Source: Takakia lepidozioides | Taxonomy: Eukaryota > Plantae > Bryophyta | Direction: 5' to 3' | Assembly (NCBI GenBank): GCA_030704615.1 | Contig: CM060733.1 | Span: 25,358,001-25,422,000, forward strand | DNA length: 64,000 nucleotides | Shown here: positions 14,237 to 26,571 of the stretch, piece after piece | Numbering within the stretch: the stretch's first letter is position 1 | Layout of the letters: each line of letters opens with the position of its first letter | The notes under the pieces: generated by a model | What the model was told of the DNA's origin: nothing | Databases searched by the model: none | What the model saw: only the letters and a program-made list of their open reading frames with translations | Position numbers and translations under genes: made by a program

Positions 14237-14814
14237 CGCTCCTCCAATCCGCCGAGGGTCTCGTCTCCTTCTCAAAATCGTCTGGTGCATATTCCGGAAG
14301 TTCGACGTCCCTTATCATCCGCATACAACTTTGCTTGTGGGATTTCGGCGAGAGAGACAGGAAGAGTTCCTCAGCAGTGGGTCGGATCCCACAAAGCCCA
14401 CGGTGAACTCTGCATCACCCAATCCGCACTTGCTTGCTTGAAGCATCCCTTTGCTGCAAGCTCTGCAGAAGAAGAAGCATTGAGACAGTTCCCGGGGTAT
14501 GGAGAGAGCAGCAAGCGGAGCTCTGCAGCAAAGGAAGAGTTTGGAAGTTTCAGTGGTAATAATACCCTTCCCCTTGTGAGGGAAGTCCATCCTACGACAA
14601 AATTATCCCATATCGATTGCCGGGAGCAGGGAAGAATTGAAGTATATAAAATCAGCTTCTCATGTGTCTACTGAGTAGGACCACTTGTACGCCCTGAAAA
14701 GCGGGGTTTGGGGTCGTGGAATCGTGTAGATAGGGCCGGGGAGTGGAAATAATAAAATATGCGTCATCGTTGTGAGAAGTTAAGTATGTGAAGGAGTTGC
14801 TGGATCGCTGAGCT
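14237..14814. promoter_or_regulatory. Putative bidirectional promoter/5' UTR region shared by LigB1 and NPR
   Basis: Only 578 bp separate the two divergent ATGs. A TGACG (TGA-factor core) lies on the minus strand at ~14763-14767. Confidence 0.5.
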
Positions 14815-17800
14815 ATGGCGTATATCACGTCCTCCCCGACATCGCAGCAGTCAGCGCATGTGAGTAGAACGATGAGCGGTGTCTGCAGTTGGAGCGCTGG
14901 AGGTGGGGAGGAGGAGGGGGTAGAGAAATTTTGCGTTGACGTGGAAAGCTTGTTGCAATTTCCTGAGAAAACGTACAGCGATGCTATCATCAATGTAGAG
15001 GGAAGGAGGGTGTCGGTTCACCGTTGTATTCTTGCAGTGCGCTGTCCATTTTTCCAGACGGTTTTTGCGAATGCGGAGAAGGATGCTGATGCGAAGGTGG
15101 AGGTGGATCTCAGTGGCCTCATCAAGGAAGGGAGGGTAGGGTACGAGGCGTTCATGGCCGTGATGGGGTACCTCTATGCGGGCCGGGTTAAGTCGTTGGC
15201 GAGCGTTGTGGCTTGCATGGATCCAACTTGCTCTCATTTGACATGTTATCCTGCTATTGAATTTTTCCTGGACCTTTTGTGCGCTTCCTCCGTACTTGAC
15301 ATACCCGAGTTGAAAGCTCTTGGTCAGGTGCGCCTTCTGTCGAGCCCTTGTGTGTGTATGCATGATGGTTGTGGAGATTCGAATGCGAAAGTACACCTAG
15401 ATTCTGGATAGCACGATGATTTTACATGTTACTGCACGAAGAGCTTAAGAGTATCTTACTGTATAGACAGTCTGGGAGAGTCAGCCCGACCAATGGTGAA
15501 AGTTTATAGGAGGCTTAGGCAGACAGAGAGGAGAGAAGAGACGTTGGGACGAGTTGAACTTCAGCAAGCCTGGAGAACATGGGTACCACTGTGGTAAGAG
15601 AGATTCTTTGTCATTCAGCCTTCAGTCGCAGCTCAGTAGGTTTGAGAGAGTCATCAAATGTGAAGATCATCTGAGGTATGTTCATTGTCAGGGACTGAGT
15701 GTCTTATACCCAAGACAGTGCTGTGGCGGCTGGCTGTATAAGATATAAAAGAGAGTCATAGAGGTTGTTAGATTGCAATGAACATTCATTCTTTTCGTGG
15801 TAAACAAGCACTCACACTTTCTGCAAGGGGCCCTAGAGTGACGGAGTGCAGCTGCATGTTTTGCAGCAACATTTGATGAATCTGGTGGACAAGGCTCAAG
15901 TCGATGATGTCTTGCAAATTTTGAAGTCCTCATGCACTCAGAGGAATTCTCAGCTTGAAGCCCTTGCTTTACAGAAGGTTGCGGCTTCAGACCTAGACTC
16001 ACTCGGTCTTGAGAAGGAGCTTTCTGAAACTGCAGTGTGGGAAGTGAGGGAACTGCGACTCAAGCTTGGTCTTGCAGGGTCAGAGATGGATGAATTGGAA
16101 GAGAAGCACTGCAAACGAATACACAGGCAATATTTTTGTCTTGGATAATCGCCAAACTTCCTGGTAAATTGGTCACATTTACTCCCTTTATGACTGGGGC
16201 TTTCAAATGGGTACCTGCAGGGGAAGGCATTGCTGCGGTGTAATTCATTACAGCAGGGCACCTAGTTGCCTTATCCGCATCAATGCTCAACTTGCTGGGT
16301 GCCTGTGTGGAAGCGCTAGAGGGGAGGGTATTATATTCTGATTGCTTTGAAAGTAGATCCCACTGTTCTAAGCTTCGGCCTGAACACCTGACACAAAGGC
16401 GGGTCTGACATCAGTGCGAAACCACCTCAAGGGGTGGCAAAGCTGGAAACTTCGTGAACCTGTCAGGCAGCCCCTGGAAATTACAACTCTTATCAATTAA
16501 GAGGTGCAATGACTATGGTCGTTTCAAATAGGCTGTAGCACCCAGACCAAGCAACTGCTGTCCAGATGTAATCCAGACTTATATCTTAGAGCTCTTGTCT
16601 ACACTGGCCAGCTCGTCCTGGTGCCCATGCAGATGAGAGAGGTAGAGTGGTTAGTTGTTCCTTGCCTGTCTTGGAAACGGGATTGTCCTTGCAGGATACA
16701 AATCCACAAGGAGCATGTTGTGAGGTTTACATACACAACTTTCTCCTAAATAACCATAGCACTTTTACACAGTAGCCATGGACAGGTTGATATAGTGATA
16801 GACCTGCAGGCTGTCACTGCAATGTACTAGAAGTGTGATGTTAAAGTATTTGTCTATGTTACACATGTGCCATGGTTAGAATGGTAGTCCGTATAGGAAA
16901 AATTTGTAGTACAGGTGTCTCTGTGGCAGGCACAGCCATGTTATATATGGCCATGTTGGCACTGCAGCTTACTAGGAGAGTGTGAAATGCTTTTTTTGTC
17001 ACCATCATTGCTTGTATCAATCTTCCTGAGAGATGAAATTCCATCTACTGCTTTCAAAGGTGGCATGTGTTGAGATGGTGGAAGGTTTTCCTCTTTGGTT
17101 TTCTAACCCCAGCAGTTAGGTGGTAGGAGTTAGGTGCATCTGCCTTTTCAGATGTACTTCAACCAAAGGCATTATGCCAGAAGGTTTGATGGCCTATATT
17201 GGCAACAAAAGGTAGTTTTTCCTTGCGTATGGGTTTGGGACCTTGCCTGCATTTACAATTAAAAAAGGTGGACTCCTGCCCAAGTAAGCGTGAATATGGT
17301 GTCTCTTTAGGGGCTACTGCCTCCAATTTGGAATGTGGACATCTTTGCCTGCTATATTAGATGGAGATTCATGCTTTTGCCTTGAATTCCAGTGTATCAA
17401 ATGGTCTTGACTTCTTGACTTCAGCAGGGGTTACTTCTTTGCCACAGATGGAGTCACTGTGTGTTATGAGTTTCCAATTCATCTGCATATCAGATGCTGA
17501 CAGGGTTTGGGTCCTAGCCTGTTGCAGTGTTTCTTGACGGATTGCATTTTAACCTACTGCATTGGTTGAATCATACAGTGTGGGTGCCACAGTAGATGAC
17601 TGTGCTGTGATCTAACCCGTATCCGTCTTATTTGGTCTCAGAGCAGCACACTTCTACATGTGATAGGTTTGAAATGCCTTTGTAGATGAGGGAAGAATAT
17701 AATCAGAGGCCCTTCCAGTGGATGCACCTGCGTTAACTCTGTTGCCTTCATCTTGGGTGCTCGTACAAAGTAACTTGTGCTGCCGCTCGAGTTGGGTATT

Positions 17801-20800
17801 CTATTAACACTGGATTTAGTACTCCCTTGGTAGAATCACAAGTTGGACTAGCGTATGTTGGACCAATTAGCATTTGAGTAGCCTGCTCAATAAATATCTC
17901 AGTAGTCAATCAAATCAGACAGATGTGACTGTCAATGTGGACTTCCAGCTAAGGACAATTGGAAAGGTCTGTTGGACCTATGGCTAAATGATGGTTGAAA
18001 AGTTCAACCCTCTGTAGCAGTTAATGTGCGAAGAATTGGAAAATTGAACAGGTGGTGTCAGTATTTGGAGAGTGTCATGGCTTCATGTAGTTGTGGTCAA
18101 GGGCTGGTGAAACTCCTTGATGACGATTAAAAGGGTGAGCCATGAGCTCTTGTGCCCCTCCCTGCCCCTCCCTTAGGGAGGTAGCTATTTCAGTTCACAG
18201 GTAGCATGGATTGTACCGTTGGTATTTGCTGACAGAAACTCAACTCAAGGGTCTTTAATTATCAAGCTACAGCTCTAGTATCTGTGTCATTCCTGAAGGC
18301 ACAGCCTTGTCCTTGCAGGGCGTTAGACTCCGATGATGTGGAACTTGTACAATTGCTGCTGAAGGAGGGGAACCTTAGCTTAGATGGGGCCAATGCGCTT
18401 CATTATGCCGCCACCTACTGCGACCCAAAAACAATGGCTGAGTTGCTGGAACTAGAAGTGGCAGGTCTGTTGTGAAAGTGGTCTGTTTTGCAAGGTCGTT
18501 GGCTAGCTCTCAAATGTGAGTTCAGATTTTATTGGGCTCACAATGACGTTTTGGCAAGGTATCAGGAATGATTGCAAATAGGCACTGGAAATTTCGTCAA
18601 AAGGGCTGAGGAGAATGGCTTTTCCTGATGGCAAGTGTCTAGTTCGACTTAGCAATATGATCACTGCATCAGATGCATGCTAAAAATCGTGATTCTTGAA
18701 CAGATACAAATTGCGGGAACCGGAGGGGCCTCACTGTGCTTCATGTGGCAGCCATGCGGAGAGAGCCTCAGATAATTGTGGCCCTGTTGGCAAAAGGGGC
18801 AGGCTTGCATGATCTAACGCCAGATGGCCGTACAGCCCTTCAGATCTCCAGGCGGCTGGGGAAGAAATCTGATTGTGAAGGGGAGGAATGTGAGAAGGAT
18901 AGGCTGTGCATAGCGATACTGGAACAGAGAGAGAGGAAACATCCCTTCTCAAAGTTCACCACAGATGTGTTAGCACTGCCCCTCTCAAGTGAAAAGGACC
19001 TGTGGACCACGTTGCTCTACTTGGAAAACAGAGGTAGGCTTTGAACCTCGGACCTATGACCTAGTTACTGGTACATTAGGCATAGCAAAATACCAACTTT
19101 CGTACTAGGTCTGAGGGTAAATGCGGTATAGAAGTTGTGACAAAACCGATAGATTGTAATCTTTAGTGCTTGGTACCAGAAAGTTAAGGACATGTGTTCC
19201 TCTCCACACCACACCTGGATCACATCAGTGTACGTGATGGATAGTCACTTGTTGCTTGCTGAACATCCAAAGAGTCATAAAAGGGTGCTTGCTTGTGCAT
19301 CTTACCCTTTGTGGTTATCATTCTTTTCCAACCTGCTGCTTAGTGTATGTTACCATTCCTGCAATACCCTGCTTCCTCAGTTTGCTGTTCTGGTCACATT
19401 GGGTCAAGTGAATAACTGGCTCCTAGCAAAAATCTGACTCCCATATGTGTCTTTGGATTTTTGGACTGACAAATGCCGTCAGTAATTAGGGGAAAAATTG
19501 GTTGGTAGTGCGAAACGTGAGCTGTTTACTGGAAATGGGAGTTGTAAGCTTCCTGGGTCATGCATCCCACACATCAAAGACCAACTTTATAAGCTTGTGT
19601 AAACTGTCTTTCAAGTCACTTTCCATTCAGGCGAACAATTTATGCTTGAGGGCATTGTGAGAAGTCTACGCTTGTGCCCACGTGCCCAGGTCAGGTCCTA
19701 GTTCGTGTCCATCTGCGTTGCTTCATCACAACTTCTAGATTGCGTCTGAGATTGCCATGGCTCACCACTTGAAAATCGTACATGGTGGTCAAATTAGTCC
19801 TTCCAATCTCTAGCAACTCCAATGGTTGTAAAGAGTTTGTGGTTGGGTGTTTGTAGTGGAGGGCTATTATTTCTCTCAAAAACTCGATTATTTCTTGCGG
19901 ACTTTGCTGCCTTGGCCAAATAAGGGTGAGTCTAGTCTGATTTAGGTGTAGCAAATACTGCTTAAAGATCATCTCTTTGGGTTGTGCTCTCATTACAAAG
20001 TATGAGGAAGTGACAGATGATTGTTTTCTGCAGTGGCACTGGCGCGATTGTTGTTCCCACGGGAAGCCAAGATTGTGATGGGTCTATCACACTTGGATTC
20101 GACATCTGAGATCACGAGGGTTGACAGTGGCTCCCCCATGTCAGGGCTTACTAGTAGCAGTAGTAAACCCTCTGTAGGTTTGCCTTGTGTGCAAGGCAGG
20201 AAGTTAGCTGGAGAGTTCTGGAACGTTGTTGGCACCTCAAAGGAAACTTCTACCGAGCCACTTGTGCAGAGAGTTAATGCTCTTCGGACAACAGGTTTGT
20301 CTCCCGTCTTCTGTTGTCATTTACAGTTATGAGTGACATGCTTTCAAGAGGGATTGGACATGGGGGATTTGAAGATTTGTGTGTTTTGTCACATGAATTT
20401 AAAGAAAGGAGGAGGGCGTTCTCTTTGCACTTCTAGGTTGCTCTCTCAGAGTTTGGTTCTAGTTGGGTAGTTGTTCTACAATGTAAGCTCTATGACTCGA
20501 GTAAGAGTTCCGCTATTACTCGTGCAAGTGTGTAGCCCTTCGGGGTCAAGTTATTTTTGCTTCAGCAACGTGTTCACTTTTTTATTCTTTTTTGTTTTTT
20601 CTATTAGCAGTTTGCAAAGTCCTATCAGTTAATCCATCTTTGCTTGATGATTGTACGTTTAGCAGAGTAATGATATCAGAAAATACGTAATGAAATGGAC
20701 CAAATGGTCTTTTGCTGAAATCGGTTTGTAATGCGATGAAATTCTACAAAGATTAAATGCAGCGTCAAAGCCTGTTGAGAACTTCAATTAGTGACACAGA

Positions 20801-21454
20801 AGGAGATGGCAGGGTGGTTGGGAGTTTGTCAAGCTGTTAAATGAGGCCACTACAGGTCAGTTTAATAATAGTCAGACAAGCTTCATGCCTTCTTTAAAGG
20901 TTTGAACACACGCACTCATCCTCAAGATTGACTCTTGTGTACTCTTGGGGTGCATGGAATTGCTGCTTTGGATGAAATGGAGGTGGTTGAAGGAGTTGCT
21001 GATAATGGGTACAGTAGCATTAGTTGTACATCACTGGTTGTAATCTTAAGTTGGCTTCTTACTTCCAAATAGACTGAAAGAGACAACGTTCTGCGAATTG
21101 GGAAACTGTCCAGACCTTGGCCATGGAAGGCTTTTGTGGTTCAAGTCTGAGACATTTGAATGTGGTTGTGCAGTTGAATTGGGGCACCGTTTTTTCCCAC
21201 ATTGTGCAGCAGTTATATACAAGTACGTTGCAGATGATGACATATTGGATTTGTCAGAGAAAGCCAACTCTGAGGAGCAGCTCACCAAGAAGCGGCGCTA
21301 TGCAGAGCTCAAAGAGATACTGGCGCAAGCCTTTCTGAAGGATGTTGCAGATATGCACAAGAACAAAGCTCTGAGCAAATCGGATGTACCAGTTTCCACT
21401 TCCTCCACTTCATTGTCAAAGGCCCTCAGTAGTACGCTGGTGACCAGAATTTAG
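14815..21454 (+). CDS. NPR: NPR1/NPR3/4-family BTB/POZ-ankyrin protein (salicylic-acid receptor family); exons 14815-15327, 15867-16126, 18319-18464, 18704-19033, 20034-20294, 21174-21454
   Basis: BTB domain (YSDA...VHRCILAVRCPFF), KRIHRALDSDDVELV, ankyrin repeats (ALHYAATYCDPK, TVLHVAAMRREP), LLYLENRVALARLLFP, VELGHRFFPHC. Confidence 0.93.
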
Positions 21455-21648
21455 CCTGGAGTATATCAGATCTCATACCCGCATCTGTACATCTGTACCC
21501 ATGTCAAATTTTGGGAGATCTTTAATGAGACCACATGTACTTGTGTAGGATCCACAGGGTTAGTCTCAGATTGGGGATGCCCTGTCTTCGCAAGCCACAT
21601 GTTTCCAGTTTCCACCAACCTACCCAGATATGACTGAGAGGGCTGCCC

Positions 21649-21790
21649 TCATGATGGGATCTTCTCGATAAACGTTACATCCCGACCAACAAAGATCTTA
21701 CGTGTGGTAGGATTGAATAATCTGTAAGCCTTCGTTTCGATGTCGTAACCAACTAGGATGCAAACTATGGCCTTCATCTGAGATACAGGG
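21649..21790 (-). mobile_element. Ty1/copia pol fragment (post-integrase SH3-like region)
   Basis: KAIVCILVGYDIETKAYRLFNPTTRKIFVGRDVTFIE. Confidence 0.75.
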
Positions 21791-22179
21791 ATCCAATTAG
21801 AGAGTTTAGATGCAGAGTTGGAATTACCCAAAACCTTCTGAGAATGGCAAGGTTCTTGGGGTGTGACCAGACTTCCTGTAGTTATGTTATGAAGAACCTT
21901 TCAGTTGGAACAAGGCTCTCTGTTTCCTGTTACTTTTCATGTACACAATTTCCTTTTCATGACGAACCCTTGTGTCATTACAAGGCTCTCTATTTCCTGT
22001 TACCTTTCATGTATTTGATTCCTGATGCTTTCAAAGTACATTCAAACTGTTTTTTTTGTGTTTTGTAAAGCTGTCACAACTTATGCTGGTCATATATGGT
22101 CATCAAAGCCCCAGGTAAATGCAGTGGGCCCACACATGCAGTATATCCCATATCGTTTGCCAGTATACCTGCCACCAAA

Positions 22180-23921
22180 TCAATCTATGAAGATGTTTTG
22201 TCACATTGAGATGTCCCAAACCGCCAGCATGGGTGCTTGGTGCCGTTGGAAAGCTCTCGACAAGGAGGGGCGCTCGACGAGGAGGGGTGCACGGGCTTGG
22301 TCTCATGATTTTTGGACCTGCGGTGTGGGAGATGTGGAATTCCAAGTACTTTTGGTCGCCGGAAATTCCCCCAAAATAGCAAAAATGGCAAAGTGGGCAT
22401 TCCTTGGACAATGGTTGGAGCCTCGAGGGGAGAGATATCAAGGGAAAGGTCTCCGGTTCAAATCTGGTCGTAGGCTCTGTGAAAAAAAAATGATTGGATA
22501 TGGCTTGCTTCATATATTGATGCACTGTTCAAGTGACACCATAAGTTACGCTTGCTTTGGCAACGCGTCCACCTTTTTTTTTTATTGATGCACTTGGACT
22601 TAGATGACACTGGACACTTGGGCCAACGGCAAAGGCTACCCTATCAATATATGAAGCGAGACGTTTGTTTTGTTTTGTTTGTTTTGTTTGTTTTGTCACC
22701 TTGAGATGTCCCAAACCGCGGGCCCAGCCGTGGTGCTTGATACCGTTGGAAAGCCCTCCAACGAGGAGGGGTGCAGGGGCTTGGTCTCATGATTTTTGGA
22801 CCTGCGGTGTTGGAGATGTCGAATTTTCAAGTACTTTTGGTCACTAGAAATTCACAAAAAATGGGAAAGTGGGCTTTCCTGACACAATGATCGGAGTCTG
22901 GACAGGAGAGATATCAAGGGAAAGGTCTCCAGTTCAAATCTGGTCGTAGGCTCTCTGAAAAAAAAAATGATCAGATATGGGATTGCACTTGGACTTGGAT
23001 GACACTGGACACTTGGCCTTGTACATGGGAGATGCACTTGGATACATGAATAGAAGATTGCACTTGGGCTTAGATTTCAATTCTTCACACATGGGCCAAC
23101 GGCATAGGCTACACTAGAGGTCGCACATGGGCCTCGACATAGGAGACCCACTTGGATACATAAGAAATTGCACTTGGGCTTCAATTTCAATTCTTAACAC
23201 ATGGGCCAATGGCGCAAGCTACCCTAGGCCTAGATTTCCCAAAGAGGAGGGTCTCTAGATACTTAGGGGATTGCACTTGGACTTAGATGACAGTGGACAC
23301 TTGGGCCAACGACAAAGGCTACTCTAGAGGTTGCATTTGGGCCTCGACATAGGAGACGCACTTTGATAGATAGAGGATTGCACTTGGACTTATTTAGATG
23401 ACATTGGACACTTGGGCCAACGGCACAAGCTACCCTCGGGCCTAGAGGTTGCACTTGGGCCTCGACATAGGAGACGCACTTGGATAGAGAGGAAATTGCA
23501 CTGGATACATAAGAAATTGGACTTGGGTTTAGATGACAGTGGACAAACTAGAGGTTGGAGTTGGGCCTCGACATAGGAGACACATTTCGATAGAGAGGGG
23601 ATTGCACTTGGACTTAATTAGATGACACTGGACACTTGGGCCAATGCACATGCTACCCTTAGGGCCTAGAGGTTGCACTTGGGCCTCGACATATGAGACT
23701 CACTTGGATTCAGAGGAAATTGCACTGGATACATAGGAGATTGGACTTGGGCTTAGATGACAGTGGACAATTGGGGCTCTACATGGGAGATGCACTTGGA
23801 TACATGAATAGAAGATTGCACCTGGGCTTAGATGGGCCTCGACATAGGAGACGCACTTGGATACATAGGGGATTGCACTTGGGCTTACATGACACTTGAC
23901 ACAACTGCCCAGGCTACCCTA
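22180..23921 (+). mobile_element. Two head-to-tail non-autonomous Helitron-like copies (22180-22643 and 22644-23921)
   Basis: Both copies begin A|TCAAT.TATGAAG followed by a GTTT-type run and GAGATGTCCCAAACC. They share a ~300 bp body. The second copy ends GGCTACCCTAG|T. No TSD is visible. Confidence 0.7.
22980..23900 (+). repeat. Degenerate minisatellite inside the Helitron-like copy
   Basis: Reiterated GCACTTGG(G/A), GGGCCTCGACATAGGAGACGCACTTGGATA and GACACTTGGGCCAACGG...GCTAC modules. Confidence 0.85.
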
Positions 23922-24729
23922 GTTGTATATAATAACTGTCCATGGTCATCAGATGCCACGGTGGTTGGAGAATAATGACCGTGTGTAAACAAGGGAACCT
24001 GTTTCTGCAAAGATTGGACGCGTTGGTGAGATATGTCAACGCAAGAGCAGGTCAGGCGCTGCGGGCCGGCCACTGCACAGGCTCGCTTCATGTTTGCCCT
24101 GTTTCTCAATGTTCGTCTGCTTGTGCTGTTTTGCGAGTTCTCCCTACACTTTGCGAAGTCACGGCGCCGCGTGCAGTTGATAGGCATATTCGATCGGCGA
24201 GTTGCAGACGCTCTCGTGTTTTTTCGTCTCTGGGGGAAGGAGCTTCTTTTGATTGTGTTCTGTAAGTCTCTGTTTCTGTGCCGTAATCTGATTTTTCCAG
24301 AAAGGGTCCATCGGCAGACAGCTTACGAAGGAATTGAGCTGTAAGAGACCATTTCAGGGATATCAGCTCTCTCTGTGCCAATCAACTTTGCAGAGTGAGT
24401 TCTTAAAGTGTTACAGGACAGAGGAAGCCGGTGATAGAACATCTTCCAGTACACACAGATTCAGCAAAATAGGGAATCCAAGCGGCCTGTGGGCCAAGGT
24501 AGGCCGCCTGTTTAACTCCAAGAAACGAGAAAAACCATCTCGGGACCTACAAAGTAATGCGGAGTTGGCATCCGAAAGTAAGTCACCTTCATTGGCTTCT
24601 CAAGAGAGGGACGACAGCATAAGCGACAGGGCAGAGTCGCTGTCAGGAGGAGATGATGATACGACCTCACAAGGATCTTTAGAGGGAGAAGACTCGCCGG
24701 CTAATTTTCCGAAATCACGCGCGGGAGCG

Positions 24730-26571
24730 ATGAGCACTTACTTCATCTCCCATGGTGGCCCCTCGCTCCCGTTGGAGGATATACCTGCGAGGACGTTTCT
24801 TCAGGAACTGCCAAACATCATTAGAGGAAGGTATGCCCTCTCATCAGTTTTCATACGATAGTTGCGATGATCAGTTCTTGGGAGAGCAAAGAGTATCCTG
24901 AGAAGCAAGGTTTCAGTTTGGTGATCAGCTTGTCGTTGCACTTGAACTGACTGCAGCCAGCGCAAATGGGAACCGGACAATTCACCACATTGACAGCTAG
25001 CTTTCTATGGGAATGGTGCTAGCACATTCTACAAATATTTTGTAAATTACCAGCTATGGATGTTCATCTGTCGTGCAGATGTTGCTATATGCAGCCAAAG
25101 TTAGATACTCCTGAGTCGATGAAGGGATACCAAATCATTAGTTCGAATTAGTAATGAGGAAAATAGAATTTCTGCTTCATACTGTGTTCAAAGAGGCACC
25201 CATAAGTAGTAGGAGTGGATATGCTTAGGCAGGCACAGCATCGAATCATGTTTGTCAGAGATCTATATTTGAGAGTTTTGGGCTTGCTTACATACAACTA
25301 ACTTTTGGTGCAACCATGTATTTTCCACCACTGTGGGTGAAGGCCCAAGGCTATACTGGCAGTGTCGGCCCACTGGGACACACATGAACCTGCTGTGAAT
25401 GTTGTGAACAGAAACAGCACCATTTATGACTTCTATGGTTTTCCACCCGAACTGTATCAGGTGATTACAAATTTCATACAGATCACTTGCTCAGAACTTG
25501 GTCATGAGGTGCAATAGTGGCTGTCCCTTTGTTGCAAGTGCATTTCTATGCGAGGAATTAGGGGGGTAAGGTGTATTCTGCATTTCCATCTTGTTTGAAT
25601 GGAGGAAAGGTTACCAGGAAGTAAGGGAAGTGAAGTCGGGGTAAAGTCTAAGGAGATATGCTCACGCCTGATATGGTTCTTCAAATGTGAATCTCAGATG
25701 AAGTACACTCCACCAGGTGCCCCAGACCTGGCAGGGAGAGTGAAGGAGCTCCTACAAGAGGCAGGATTTAAGTCAATTGGGGAGGACAAGAACAGGGGAC
25801 TGGATCATGGTGCATGGGTGCCCCTTAAGCTGATGTACCCGGATGCAGATATCCCTGTTTGCCAGCTGTCAGTTCAAAGCCGCAAGGATGCAGCTCACCA
25901 TTACCGGGTGGGTCAGGCCTTGGCGCCTCTGGTTGATGATGGGGTTCTTATACTGGGCACTGGAACTGCAGTTCACAACTTACGTACTCTGCAATTTGAC
26001 TCCAGTAGAGTTCCGGCATGGGCAAAGGCATTTGTCGACTGGCTTACTGATTCATTGATCAATAACAGGTTAGCCTTCTCCCCCCTGCCCTCCCCCTGTG
26101 ATGAGCTATCCTTGTGTGCCATAACACTGCAATTGATCTGGAGACGCAATTTTCGAAGTAAGGGACAGGCAGAAGGGACATGCAAAAGGAAGGGAATGGA
26201 TGTTCCTCAGAGACTGTTGTGAAGTCAGGGAGGTAGTTATAGGCCTAGAGACTGTTCTGACTCCAAAAAGGTGGACACAAAGGAAAAGGAGCCAGCAGCA
26301 AGGAGTCTTGTCATGGTCAATTAATCTTGTGAGACACCTTTCAAATTGCTGAGAATTTTGCAGATATGAGGACGTCATCCAGTGGATGGAGAAGGCACCT
26401 TACGCGCGCAAAGCTCATCCTTCCTCAGAGCATTTTGTGCCTCTACTGGTGGCCCTTGGAGCTGCAGGAGAAGGGGCTCGTGCTGAGCTCATTCACAGCA
26501 GCTGGGTGTTAGGGACTTCGTCTATGGCATCCTTTGCTTTTCACCCAGCATCTTCAGCGACTAACAGCTGA
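24730..26571 (+). CDS. LigB: LigB-family extradiol dioxygenase, copy 2; 4 core exons, with a possible N-terminal extension from 23974 or 24033
   Basis: [59 protein letters not shown]. Intron positions match copy 1. Confidence 0.92.

Noticed and set aside
22980-23900. Repeat array superficially like a CRISPR array
   Set aside because: Eukaryotic context, no unique spacers and no cas genes. It is a degenerate minisatellite inside a Helitron-like element.
12276-26571. LigB genes as betalain-forming DODA
   Set aside because: Both have the HNL(S/R) motif of non-betalain LigB proteins rather than the HP(S/A)(N/D)xTP motif.
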